From NCBI RefSeq assembly GCF_006345805.1, contig NW_021832561.1, positions 1-60,515 on the forward strand: a stretch of DNA of 60,515 bases. The letters are read 5' to 3'. The notes under the pieces were generated by a model. It worked only from the letters and a program-made list of their open reading frames with translations, was not told where the DNA came from and did no database searches. Shown one piece after another: positions 25,240 through 38,298 of this stretch. The stretch is from Octopus sinensis (Eukaryota). A program made the position numbers and the translations under genes. The stretch's first letter is position 1; every line of letters starts with the position of its first letter.

Positions 25240-26830
25240 CAATAAAAGGGACAACAAATGCTGCTGCAACAAGAAAACAATTGCAATAACTGTTGCAGGA
25301 GACGCAAAACAGAAACTATTACTGTAGTGGGGGAAATGCATTAACAGATGCAAGAACAACATAAATTACAATAACTGGAATTCTGTAAAAATTGTTACAA
25401 AGGAACAAAGAAAGCAAAACGACCAATGATAAAACACTACAAACTACTATCATCGATGCAGGAATAATAAAGCGCAACAACTTTTGCGACAATCTTAAAG
25501 AATGCAATTTTTGTTGCAAAAGTAACAACTGTTTTGCAACAAAAACTGCAATGATTTTGCAGGGACATCAATGCTAAGAACAGTTACTGAAATAGCAAAA
25601 ACTGCAATAAATGGCGTAAGAACAACAAAAGTTAACTTTTGCTGTATAGTGGTAAAAACTGCAATACATGTTGCAGGAACAATGATTTATGTTGCAACAA
25701 GCGCTGCAATGATTGTTGCAGAGTCAGCAACCCCCAACTGTTCCAACGAAGTGGTAAAAACTGCAGTAAGCATTGCAAGTACAACACCTGTTCTACAAAA
25801 GCAAAAACTGCAATAATTGTTGGAGAGATAACAAGCGCAGTTGTGAAAGGAGAATAAAACTGCAATAAAACTGTCAGAGGAAACAAGAAAAACGACAACT
25901 TTTTTCTACAACAAAACTGCAATAACTGTTCTAGAAATATTAAAACTGCATTAAAAGCTCCAACAACAGAAATACCTAACGATAAAAAAACTGCAAGAAC
26001 TATTGTGCAGCAAAGCCCTAAGTGCTGCAACAACAACAACAACAAGAACAACAAACATTGACAGAAATGTTTCAGCCACAACTGTTGCATCGAGAGTTAT
26101 GATTGCAAAAACTGTTGCTGCTGCAATGATTGCTGCAACGACAGACATGGAAATAACTGTTGCAGTTAGAACAAACTCCACTACAACCCATGCGTCGATA
26201 ATAATAACAGCAGCAGAATTCAGAAGAACAGCTGCAGCAGCGAAATCGACTGAGAAACAGCAGCAAAAATGAAATGCAACAACAGCAACAAAATTAAATG
26301 CAGCAAAAACTGCAACGAAACTAAGTTCATTAAATGCTAACAACTATAGTAGAAAGATAACTGCAACATCAGCATCAAAACCGACCACGAGACAACAGCG
26401 AAAATGACTTTAACAACAGCAACAACACTAACTGCGACCGCAGCAGCGATGCAAATGACAAGAGTAAAATTAATTGCAACAACAACAGCAGCGAAAAAAG
26501 AAGAAAAAATCTGCTGCAACTCTGGCGATGATGCTAACATCAACATCTACTGCTAAACTGCAACAAGAGCGACAGCAGCAGCAAAATTAAGTACAACAGC
26601 AGCATCAAAACTAACTGCAAGGATACTAGCAACACTAACAACAGCAGCAGGAAAATTAGCTGCAACTACAGCAGCGATTCTAACAAAAACAACAACAGCA
26701 GCATTGAAACTGGCGGCAAAAGGGCTAATGATGCTAACTAGTACATCAGCAACAACATCAGCAGCAGCAGCAAAAGTAACTGCAACAATAGCGGCAAGAT
26801 TAAACTACAAATACAGCAGCATGACTCGCT

Positions 26831-26861
<31 letters not shown>

Positions 26862-26870
26862 AAAGATACC
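25240..26870. repeat. Degenerate CAA/CAG-rich low-complexity region with recurring AAAACTGCA motif
   Basis: At least 9 aaaactgca copies in 25540-26000; overall A/C-rich plus strand. Confidence 0.7.
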
Positions 26871-27295
26871 ACAGTTGTAAAAAGATACCACAGCAGCAAA
26901 AAGATACCCCAGCAGGGAAAAGATACGACAGCAGCAAAAAGATTCCACAGCAGCAAAAAGTTACCACAGCAGCAAAAAGATACTACAGCAGGGAAAAGAT
27001 ACTACAGCAACAAAAAGATACTACAGCAGCAAAAAGTTACCACAGCAGCAAAAAGATACTACAGCAGCAAAAAGATACCGCAGCAGGGAAAAGATACTAC
27101 AGCAACAAAAAGATACTACAGCAGCAAAAAGTTACCACAGCAGCAAAAAGATACTACAGCAGCAAAAAGATACTACAGCAGCAAAAAAATGCCACAGCAG
27201 CAAAAAGATACCACAGCAGCAAAAAGATACCACAGCAGCAAAAACATACTACAGCAGGGAAAAGATGCCACAGCAGCAGAAAGATATCTCAGCAA
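26862..27295. repeat. 19-bp minisatellite (CAGCAGCAAAAAGATACYA)n
   Basis: aaagatac recurs at 26881, 26900, 26919 and onward (period 19); about 22 units with variants ggga, gttac, gatgc. Confidence 0.95.
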
Positions 27296-27771
27296 CAAAT
27301 CTGACAGCAGCAGCATTAGTAAGCATATTTAGAGGAGTGTTTACAGCTACAATAACAACAACTTAATAGTAACTCGATTGCCACTGTTGTAGTTGCTAAA
27401 GACGCCGCTGCTGCTGCTGCTGCTGTTGATACTTAAGCTGTTGATGGTAATATAGTTGCTGCTGCTGCTGATGATGATGATGTAGTTGTTGATACAGTGT
27501 TTTCGATTCTTAATCTTTTATTTGTTATGTTTTGAATTCTTTCAGTCATTGGACTACGGCCACATTGGCGGGGGAGGGACATGTACCACCTTGAAGCGTT
27601 TAAATACGTCATAAATCCTTAACGTTCCTCATGCTATGTATCCTATGATACCCCCGGCGAAATAAGCGAAATTCAGCTGCTATTTCTAGGAGGCCATGTG
27701 ACCTCATAAAAGCTCACTTACTGGTTCGTTGTTGGTGTTCACATAAAATCTAGTTGTTAATGTAGCAGCAA

Positions 27772-27850
27772 ACGCAGGCACGGCTGTGTGGTTAAGAAGC
27801 TAGCTTTGCATCCACGTGGTTTCTGGTTCAATCCCACTAAGCGGCACCTA
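27772..27850 (+). mobile_element. Family-A SINE head
   Basis: gcaggcacggctgtgtggttaagaagc..ggttcaatcccact..gcacct. Confidence 0.75.
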
Positions 27851-27926
27851 CAATACGCTCAGCCGACCACCGCCTTCTGAATGGATTTCATAGACAAAAA
27901 CTGTCTAGCAGTCAGTGGTGTATGTA

Positions 27927-27965
<39 letters not shown>

Positions 27966-28424
27966 ACATAAACACACACACACACACACACACACTCACA
28001 TGTATGTATGTATGTATGTATGTATGTATGTGTGTGTGCATGAGTGTGTGCGCGTATATATGTGTGTGTGTGAGCGTGTGTATATGTACGGATATGTGCA
28101 TATGTGTATGTATGTATATATGTATGTAAGTATGTATGTGTGTATGTTTGCGCGCGCGTGTGCGCGTGTATATATGTGCATGTGTGTGTGTGTGTATGTA
28201 TGCATATGTGCGTATGTGTATGCATGCGTTTATGCATGTATGTTTGTATGTATGTATCTATGCATGTATTTGTTTTTGTCTTTGTCTCCCACTGCTGTCG
28301 GGAATCGAACTCACGACCTCTCGATCGCGGGCCATGTGTCCTCACTCTAGTAGGATTGAATTAGAACTAAACGATAGAAAACTAAACCAACAAGAATTGT
28401 AAAAACAACAACAGCAATTTAGGT

Positions 28425-28812
28425 TTCAAATTTTGGCACAAGGCCTGCAGTCTCAGGGGAGAAGAATAGTCGATTACATCGATACCTAAGGCTCAACTAT
28501 TGCTTATTTTATCGACCCCAAACTGATGAAAGTGATGTGGATCTCGGCAGCATTTGAACTCAGAACGTAGAGACAGACCAAATGCCGCTAACTATTTTCT
28601 CTTCTACTCTAGGCACAAGGCCCGAAATTTTGGGGGACGAAGCCTGTCGATTACATCGACCCCGGTACGCAACTGGTACTTGATTCATTAACCCCGAGGA
28701 GATGAAAGGCAAAGTCGACCTCGGCGGAATTTGAACTCAGAACGTAAAGACGAACGAAATACGGCTAAGCATTTTGCCCGACGTGCTAACGCCACTGCCA
28801 GCTTGCTGCCTT
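28425..28812 (-). mobile_element. Two tandem family-B SINEs
   Basis: Two copies of ggcacaagg..gtcgattacatcga..ggcggaatttgaactcagaacgta. Confidence 0.88.
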
Positions 28813-29209
28813 ACCAACTACAGCAATATCAGCTGGACTAGTACAGGAAAATGAAAAACGGCAGCAAAGACCCCAATAACAACAGCACCAGCATCAACAA
28901 CAGCAATTGCTGCTGGTCCTCTTCTTCTTCCTCTTCGTCTTCTTCCAATCAGGACTCACGCCATTAGCCACAAAGAATAATCTCTAATTCGAACCTACTC
29001 TAAGCTACTAAGAATGCGTGTAGCAACTTGAAGATGCACCCACCACACGCGACAGACTGGTGGTTGCACGGGCGCGAAAGCTACGTTGTTATCCTCATTC
29101 CGTAAACAGTGACTTTTAACGAGTGGAGAGCTTAACCATCCTGGGGTACAGAGGATTCGCAAGCTAGACTAGCTTTCGAAATTTTAGTGGGTTACATCAT
29201 GGTACCTCT

Positions 29210-29600
29210 GCCTTGTGGCAGAAGTAGAAAGAAAGAGTGTGAGAAATTCGTGGTGAAAGAGTACAGCAGGGTTCACCACCCCAGCCGGAGCCTCGTGGAG
29301 CTTAAGTGTTTTTGCTCAATAAACACTCACAATGCCCAGTCTGGGAATCGAAACCGCGTTCTTAGGACCGCGAGTCCGCTGCCCTAACCACTGGGTCCTT
29401 GCGCCCCCACAGCTGCAACGCCGGAATGCTTAGCGGTATTTCGTTTTTCTTTGCGTTCTGAGTTCAAATTCTGTCGATGTCGACTTTGCTTTTCATCCTT
29501 CGGTGTCGACACATTAAGTACCAGTTCTGTACTAGGGTCGACCAAATCGACTGGCACCCTCCCACCAAATTTCGGGTCATTTGCCTCGAGTAGAAAAGAT
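29210..29600. mobile_element. Head-to-head family C (-, 29210-29411) and family B (+, ~29411-29600) SINEs
   Basis: Left part is the reverse complement of 15064-15260; right part has ttagcggtatttcg..gagttcaaatt..gtcgac..taagtaccagtt. Confidence 0.75.
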
Positions 29601-30159
29601 CTGCTTGAAATAACACCCAAACTTTCATCCATTTATACGCTACAATCTTAAAAGCATGAGGGGTGCGGTAGAAAAACTGCTTCTACAAAGTTACGCCTGG
29701 TCTCAATTGGTCACGGTTTGTCCATCTCAATCATATCACTTCTAGATCATAGTTAGCTCAAGCTCAGTTCTGATCCAGTAAATATATAATTAAAGGTGTA
29801 CCAGCCATGACTATCCCGTCATATATTAAGAAGAGCGTTGGAGAGAACGCCTGGCTTCATTTCTTGTGGCCCTTTTCGTTCTGAGTTCAAATCGAGGTGG
29901 AGTCAGATTTTGTTTTTCATTCTTCCGGGATTGAATTCATAAAGCAATCGCTTGATGGCACTGGTTTGGCAAAACTGGGAGAGCACTTGCTGTGATCTCA
30001 TGTGGCGGGGTATCTGTTCCAGGTTCCTGTTGGTTGGGGTTCCGAGTTCAAATCATACTAAGAGCCATGATGACTCACATGACCACGTGACAACAATTGA
30101 TTAAGAAAGAAATAATGGTGGTAGCGAGGAAGGGCCGTGATTGTCCGCTATAGTATTTG

Positions 30160-30650
30160 AGACAGGATGATGATGATGAGGAGGAGGAGGAGGAGGAAAG
30201 CAGGAAGGGGACGAGAGGGACGAGGAGGAGGAGAAAGAGGAGAAGGAAAAGGGTGGTGGCGGTTATGTTGATGATGAGTATGATGGTGGTGATGATGATG
30301 GTGAAAATGACGGTGTGACGCCAAATACGACGGTGATGTTTACAATAGTGGTAGTGCTTGTGGTTGTAGAGTGGTGAAGGTGATGATGGTGGTGGTGGTG
30401 ATGGTGGTGGTAATGATGATGATGGTGATGATGGTGGTGGTGGTGATGGTGGTGGTGGTGGTGGTGATGGTGGTGGTAATGATGATGATGGTGATGATGG
30501 TGGTGGTGGTGATGATGGTGGTGGTGGTGATGGTGGTCGTGGTGGTGATGGTGGTCGTGGTGGTCGTGGGGATAGCCATAACGGTAGTGATGATGATGAC
30601 GACGACGACGATGATAATGATGGTGATGATGGTGGTGATGATGATGATCC
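30160..30650. repeat. (GGA)/(GAT)/(GGT)n composite
   Basis: Direct inspection; source of the poly-His/poly-Pro ORFs. Confidence 0.92.
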
Positions 30651-31249
30651 GCAATAAGATGACCAACAACAGCTGTAAATATAACAATAGCAACAACACT
30701 GAAAGCAAAAAAAAAAGAAATTATGAACCATGACACCAATATTGATAACAACAACTACAAAACAACTGAAACGTTAGCAACAGTGTTATCAACATCGGTG
30801 GCCAAAACCAACACTCTTCGAAGACAACCAGAATAACAATAGCAACGAAACGTGTGCAATAACAACAGAAACACCATTAACGGCCAGAGTAACAATAGCA
30901 ACAACGATAGCAACGACAACGCGATAAACTGAAGCAGCAACGGTGAAGTCACTGCACCATACACAACACTCGCAACAACACTATAAACTGCGGTGAGTAT
31001 AGCAACAACAATAGTAATATCAATTGCAACAATAGCAACAGCGCGCAAATTATAGCAAATAACAGTAAGAAAGATAGCAACACTATTAACAACAGAAATA
31101 GGTTCAACGACACCAGAGTAACACAAACAACTAAAATAGCCACACAAAAATATAATGACCACTGCAACATGAATAGCAACAATTGTAATCACAATAACGT
31201 TAACAGGCGCGCAAGCGAGAGGGAGCACGCCCTCCCCATGTGGTAGTAT

Positions 31250-32215
31250 TACTTGCTAGTAATAGCAGGCAAGGCCTCACTTAAATCTCACGTTATTGCC
31301 TTTAAAAGGAAGTGGCACTAGATAATAAGGGCCTAGCATCCTTTTCAAAAGACATGAGGGCTACGGCTGGAATGTCGTTGATCGTAGATCTGTTTTGCCA
31401 TCTTTTACCTGGTGCTAAGTAACAACAATAATGGAGGTATTACCAACAACTCTAATGGGAATAATGAGTTTGCAACGATAGTCGTTAAGCATTACCTAGT
31501 CTGCTAGAAATAGCAGCTAAATTCTCCTACTTCTACTTTACTGTCTTTATTAAGGGAGAATGAAGTACCGTGTACATAACCTTAAAAAGGAGGAAGCGTC
31601 ACGGTCAGATTGTCTTTAATCAAATGTCTGATCGATCAGTGTTGACCTGAGGTAAAGAGGACAGAATATTAACAACAAGCATCACCAATAGCAACGAGGA
31701 TCCAATATGAGAGCCTATATGTGACCTTTCGAATTCCTAGAAATAGAAACCAACTCTCCCTCAAATCAACGTCTTAAAACTGGATTCCTTGGTAATTGAA
31801 AGAAAAACAGGACAGGGTGGGCATGGTTGGAATGGCTTTGTCATGATTTTGCGCTGTCAAGGCTGACCTAAGGTTAAATAGTTAAACAGCAACGAGACCA
31901 CAGTAGCTCTAACTGCATCGCTACTGAGAACAACAACGTTAGCAACAACCACGCCAATATCGCAGCATGGAACACATTAGCAACATTAGCAAAAGCGTTT
32001 TTGATTTGACGAAGAAATGGACGCTAAGTGGTCATGCGATATGCTAGAAATAGCAGCGACATCAGGCTCCGATCGCACCGACATCGTCGTCTTAAATACA
32101 GAAAGACGCTTTCGATAATGTAGGCCTAGATATGATAACGGACGCGATGGTCGTTGCTGGAATGCATTTGATCGTGAAGCTCAAGGACGACCTGGGGCTA
32201 AACAAAAGCAAAGAT
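31250..32215 (+). mobile_element. Four tandem degenerate family-E copies
   Basis: (t)gctagaaatagcagc starts at ~31253, 31502, 31738, 32043; each ends in gacctgg/gacctaa..taaa/taac..aac. Confidence 0.75.
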
Positions 32216-32902
32216 GATGGCAGAGGCAAATACTGCGATGCTGTTTGGCTCAGCCTCCAGCAACAACAACAAGAGCAACTAAAACAACAATCAGATGACA
32301 ACCCCAACAACAACAATAACAAAGCACGACCACCATAAACACTATGGCAGCTGCTGCTACTGTTTTGCCTACTGCGACTACTACTACTGCTGCTGCTGCT
32401 ACTAATAATATAAATACTGCAATAAATGGTCGTTATCAGTTTTGCAATTGTTACTATTGTTGCTACTACTACTACAACTACTACTAATATTGCTGCTTCC
32501 TTGCTGCTGCTGCTATCATTAGCACATAATAGATGTGCACGTACAAATTGTTCGCATTCGCGTAGACGCATTCTCCCTCACACACGCACACACGCATGCA
32601 CGCACTCACAAACGCAGGCGATTACACGTGCACGCGCGCGATGGCATCCACACGCAGATTCCTACGCATATACGTTCGTTGTCACATGCAAGTCACACGC
32701 GCAGCAGCTATGTGTGTGTGCGTGGATTTATATATATGTATGTATGTACGTATATATATATACATATAACTATATACATATATATACAAAGACACGAACA
32801 CATACACATATTTGCGTATATGTTTATAATTACATATACGTATGTCTATATATAAGTATACATATATCCATATACATATATATACACAACACATATATAT
32901 AC

Positions 32903-32948
<46 letters not shown>

Positions 32949-33028
32949 TTTATTTAAAGCATATTACTCTACCACTGGTATTTGAGTACTCTTTTTTCCA
33001 CCTTGTTTCACATTTATGTGTTTACTCC

Positions 33029-33087
<59 letters not shown>

Positions 33088-33499
33088 GCATGTATATAGA
33101 CATATATATACAAGCATAAACATATGCATATAATATACACATAGAGTAATGGTTTTGCATTATAATTATTGCATTGGACAAAATGCATTGCAAATATTTT
33201 GCTACCAATCAATTGGTTTTGCGTTCAAATCTCGGTTACTAGAAGTGTGTCTTCTAGTCAATCGCGCATGTTACCATCTATAACTAGACGGGTGCTGGAA
33301 TCCATATCATTGGTTGTTCGATTTTCTATATAGTCAATAGGAATGATCTCCCGTAAATGGATACCGCTGATTAGCGATGGATCGATCAATCAACAGATTT
33401 GTATTTTACCCACGCTGGGTGGCAGGGTGTGTATGTTTTGGGATGATTAGGTTCAAGAAAATAGGTTTGTTTAATAACATATGAGCGAGTGCTGTTGCA

Positions 33500-33563
33500 T
33501 GTGTACGGAGACGCAAAGGAGTATGAACGCATATATAAATATACATATATATATATATTATAT

Positions 33564-33643
<80 letters not shown>

Positions 33644-33668
33644 CATATATATACATATATATATATAT

Positions 33669-33699
<31 letters not shown>

Positions 33700-33765
33700 G
33701 ATATATATATATATATATATATTAATATATATATATACGCACATGTATGTACGTATGTATCTGTG

Positions 33766-33809
<44 letters not shown>

Positions 33810-33854
33810 GTACATTTATATAAATACATATATATACATACATATATAACATAC

Positions 33855-33895
<41 letters not shown>

Positions 33896-33929
33896 CATAT
33901 ACACACATGTATGTAAGTATGTATCTGTG

Positions 33930-33975
<46 letters not shown>
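33500..33975. repeat. Interrupted (TA)n with an internal ~160-bp duplication
   Basis: cacatgtatgta(c/a)gtatgtatctgtgtata at ~33740 and ~33903. Confidence 0.85.
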
Positions 33976-33977
<2 letters not shown>

Positions 33978-34139
33978 AAGGCATATATAATTTGTGCCTA
34001 TATTTATGACAGACATGCATAGTTGCACACAGTCGTGCAAGAACCATTTTGGCTGGTGTAAGGAACATTGTTTAGAGAGGAGGAGAAAACCACGTGCCAT
34101 GTATATATAGGGTAGGTTAGCGACGAATGTGAAACGGGT

Positions 34140-35470
34140 AACGGCATGGAAGGAGAGAGAGAGAGACATATTGAGGCAATGGGTAAGTGAGAGACCCAGA
34201 GAGCAAGAAGAGAGACGGAGGGTATGAAAGAGAGAAAGATACTGAAAAGTGACGGAGATGGAAAGAAAATGAAGTTGAACATTGAAGCATGGAGATGAAT
34301 AAAAAGCGGTGTATGGAAAGGAATAAGTGAAAATGAATAAAGAGTAAAGGAGTAGGAAGAAGAATGAATGGGAAGGAAAAGAAAAGGAAAGAAAGAATAA
34401 GAGAGAAAGGGAATGATTGCAAACAAGGTAAAGGAAATGTGAAAAAGGAAAAAACTAGAAGGAAGTGAAAGAGAGAGAGAGAAAAGGAAGAAAGTAAAAA
34501 GGAAGAAGTGATGAAACGAGGAAAATTGGGGTGCATTAAAAGTGAAAGATGAGAGAAAAAGAGAGAAGGGAATGAAAGTAGGAAGTGTGTTTGTTTGTGG
34601 ATGTTTTTAATTAATTAGTAAAAACTTATATACACTGCAAGGAAGAGTAAAATATAAGCTTAAAGTGACATGAAATTAGAGATAAGCAGCAAAAAAATAG
34701 ATAGAGAAGTAGAGAGAGAGAGAGAAAGAAAGAAAGAAAGAGAGAGATCGAAAGAGTTACGAAAAAGTGGACAAGAGAAAAAGAACAAAAAATTATAGCA
34801 AACAAAAAAAAAAGAAGAGAAAAATTAAGTTTATTTTCCGTTTTGCATTATTTCACCTGCGAAAACTGACAGAGAGAAAGAGAGAGAAAGAGAGAGAATC
34901 AGTGAATGAAGGAATGCGTATAACGATGAGAGAGATTGAAGAACAGAATTAGAGAGACATGAAGGAGAGATAGAAAGAAAGTAGAATGTGATAAATAGGG
35001 GAAATCTGAAACGTAATAGTGAATGAAGATAACGAGAGTGAAGGAATTCAGAAGAAAGAAAGAAAATAATGGTTCTGAAAGATTTGAAGGGAAAAAGACA
35101 ATATATATATAATTTAAGTCAGTTAAACTGCTACAAAATACACACAGATACACATACACGCATAAGGAATGAATAAGTTATATGGAGAACGAAACACGAT
35201 GAAAAGGAAGGAGAAGAACAGAGACAAAAAGAGAGGGAAAGAGAAAATAGGCAATGGCCTTTTTTTATTTTTGTTTATTTTTTAAGGTATTCAAACTAAT
35301 GCAAAACAAAACACGCATGTTTGAATGTGTGGTTATATGTAAATATATACGATTGTGCGCGCGTGTGTTGTGTGTGTATGTGCACGTGCATATTTGTACA
35401 TATGTATGTGTGTGTGTGTGTGTACGCATATATGTATGTGTGTACATATATATGCATACATGTATATAAT

Positions 35471-35511
<41 letters not shown>

Positions 35512-35735
35512 ATCATTTTGTAATACGTGTACGCTCTGTCTCTCTTCTCTCTCTCCATCTCTTCTTCCCATTGACCTCTCTTTCTCTCCCTCTCTTTCCC
35601 TCTCTCCCCCCTCTCCCCTCTCTCTCATACACACGCACATACAGTAAACATCCAATACTTTTGACTAGAAAATCAACAATTGATAAAAGTATAATGTTAC
35701 TTAATTGCAGAGTGTGATATAATATATATATATAA

Positions 35736-35777
<42 letters not shown>

Positions 35778-37080
35778 TATTATATATATTATATATATGC
35801 CAACATACACACACACACATGTATTTATACGTTCTTACATATAAAGAGAGAGAGACCGAGAGAGAGAGAGAGAGAGAGAATATTTTTTCACTAAATTAGA
35901 GAAGAAGGAAAAACGAGTAAAAGACATAGAAAGAAAGAGGAAAAGAAAGAGGAAAAGATAGAAGAGTAGAAAATGAACAGAGAAAGAGAAAAGAACGATG
36001 GAAAGAAAGTGAAGAAAATCATTAATTTGTAGCATTCTTTCATATTTTGTAAATATATAATATATATAACTCTGCAGAAGTAGTAGAATGAATGTGTGAA
36101 GAGGTTTTCGTTTCGAATGACGAAAGAAATGTGACGTGTGAAAAGTAAACGATGAGAAAACATGGGTAGAAAAAGAGAGGAAGTGCGAGAGTGAGAGAGA
36201 GAGACAGAGAGTGAGAGAGAGAGACAGAGAGAGAGAGAGACAGAGACAAACGGAGAGATCGGCTTAGATTGAGAAATTTAGGGAAGATGAGAAACTAGAA
36301 AGATAAAAAAGAAAACAGTATGATAGGAAAATAAGAGATGTGTGTGATCGAAAGCGTGCCAGAAAAGAGAGACGTAGATAGAGAGAGAGAGAAATAGACG
36401 TAGATAGAGAGATGTGTTGATGGAGATTGAGAAAGATGCGGATAGAGAGAGAGAAATAGAGAGAGACGGAGTGATGCATAGATAAGAGAAAGACTGGTGA
36501 GAAAAGTAATGAAAAAGAAAGAAACAAAGTTGTGAAAGAGAGAAAAAGAGAAAGATGTTTGCGTGTGAGAAAGTGTGGAAGAATAGAAAGAGAGCGAAGT
36601 AGGGAGAGAGAGAGAGAGAGATGGCGACAAAATGAGAAAGTGAATGAGTGAATCACAGAAAGGTAAACATACAAAGTGAAACAAACATGGAAAGAGAGAG
36701 AGAGAGAGAGAAAGATACAGGGAGACGGATTGAAGCAAAGCGAAAAACAGTTAGGGAAGATAATACAGAAGAAAAAACAAAGTTGTGATGGAGAGAAAAG
36801 GGAGAGATGTTTGTTGTTAGAAAGTGTGACAGAAAAGAGAGAAAGACGTGTAGAGAGGAAGATAACGAAAGAGAAAGGGAGACTCATAAAAGGGTAGAAA
36901 GAAAGAGAGAGAGAGAGAAAGATTTAGACAGAGAGAAATAAAGACAGAGAGAAAAATACACAGCGATAAAAGAAACACAAGGAGAGAAAGCGTGATAAGG
37001 AGAAATATACGAAGAGCGAAAAAAAAAAGAATTTATTTTGGACTTTAAAAGAAAGAAAAGCGAAAATGATAACAATAACA
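34140..37080. repeat. Long purine-rich (GA/GAA) low-complexity region
   Basis: Strong plus-strand A/G bias, interrupted by TA/TG microsatellites. Confidence 0.8.
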
Positions 37081-37100
37081 AAAATATAAATGGACATTAC

Positions 37101-37170
37101 CTGGATGAAGAAGAAGAAGCCAGCAGGAGATGAACAAGGCGAAAAAATGTGTCTGCGTTGAAAGAGACAT
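37101..37170 (-). CDS. Candidate signal-peptide/TM-encoding exon: MSLSTQTHFFALFISCWLLLLHP(G)
   Basis: Minus strand ataatcATG start, hydrophobic core FFALFISCWLLLL, phase-1 donor CAG|GTAATG at 37101/37100; unique sequence located at a strand-composition switch. Confidence 0.45.
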
Positions 37171-37270
37171 GATTATTTGTTGCGGTACCGGTTTACTCTC
37201 TCGTAATTCTGCCTCTCTTCCTACTATCCTCCTTAATCGGTATCGCTGGCGTGGCAGACAACAAACAACA

Positions 37271-37315
37271 GCGCTGATGGTGGTGCTGGTGGTGGTAGCG
37301 GCGATGACGATGCAC

Positions 37316-37352
<37 letters not shown>

Positions 37353-37900
37353 CACTACTACTACTGAAACTGCTGCTACTGCTGTTTCGCTTGGAACTGC
37401 TGTTGCTGCTGCTGCTGCCTTTCCTGCTGCTGTTGCTGTTGCTGCTACTGCTGCTGTTGCTCTTACTATTATTATTGTTGTTGACGCTGTTGTTGTTGTT
37501 GTTGTTGCTGCTGCTGCTACTACTAGTGCTGCTGTGGTGGTACTGTTGTTGTATTTGTTGATATTGACAATGATGCTGATGATGATGTTACTGTTGCTGC
37601 TGTTTTTGTTGCTGCTGTTGTTGGTTCTTATTCGGTAACTAGTGATGATGTTGTTGTCCTTGTTGGTGGTGTTGGTGACGAATCTGTTGGCGGTGATGTG
37701 TGTTCTGCTACATTGATGATGGTGACGACGTTGCTGCTACAGCTGCCGCTAGTGGTGACGATAACTGGTAGTGGTACAAGTGGTGGTGTTGATGTTGCTG
37801 TTGGTGGTGTTGGTATTGCTAGTGGTGGTGGTGGTGGTGGTGGTAGTGGTGGTGGTGGTAGTGGTGGTGGAGGTAGTGGTGGCGGTGGTGGTTTGTCGTG
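37271..37900. repeat. Composite (CTA)(CTG)(TTG)(TGG)n trinucleotide tract
   Basis: Direct inspection; source of the poly-Leu/Val ORFs. Confidence 0.9.
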
Positions 37901-38021
37901 ATGATGGTGGTACCACGTTCTTTTTTATGCTAGTAGTATTACGTTGCCTTCCCGCTAGATGTCAACGATGCAGCCGCTGTCCTCAGCGATTCTCATGTCG
38001 TTGTCGCTCTCAATATATATA

Positions 38022-38060
<39 letters not shown>

Positions 38061-38213
38061 TATATATATATTATATATATATATATATAGTTATTGTTAT
38101 TGTTTATTTTTATTTTATTTTCTTGTTAGTTTAGATTCTTGTTACTAATGTTGTTGTTCACGTAACATCAACATCAACAGCAGCAGCAGCAGCAGTCACA
38201 CTAGTTTTATTCT

Positions 38214-38214
<1 letters not shown>

Positions 38215-38296
<82 letters not shown>
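38215..38296. repeat. Pure (TAG)n
   Basis: Direct inspection. Confidence 0.97.

Positions 38297-38298
<2 letters not shown>

Noticed and set aside
26862-27295. CRISPR-like array or repeat protein
   Set aside because: Contiguous 19-bp units with no unique spacers, not in codon phase, in a eukaryotic context.
27716-27750. Strong minus-strand GTAAGT donor
   Set aside because: Lies within a degenerate family-E copy; weak acceptor, and a stop in the compatible frame.
28295-28345. tRNA gene on the minus strand
   Set aside because: Only a T-arm/B box survives; it is a SINE head fragment.
30075-30754. Poly-His/poly-Pro ORFs
   Set aside because: Trinucleotide repeat open in several frames on both strands.
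37130-37561. Plus-strand poly-Leu ORF
   Set aside because: Simple-repeat artefact; the better-supported signal there is on the minus strand.
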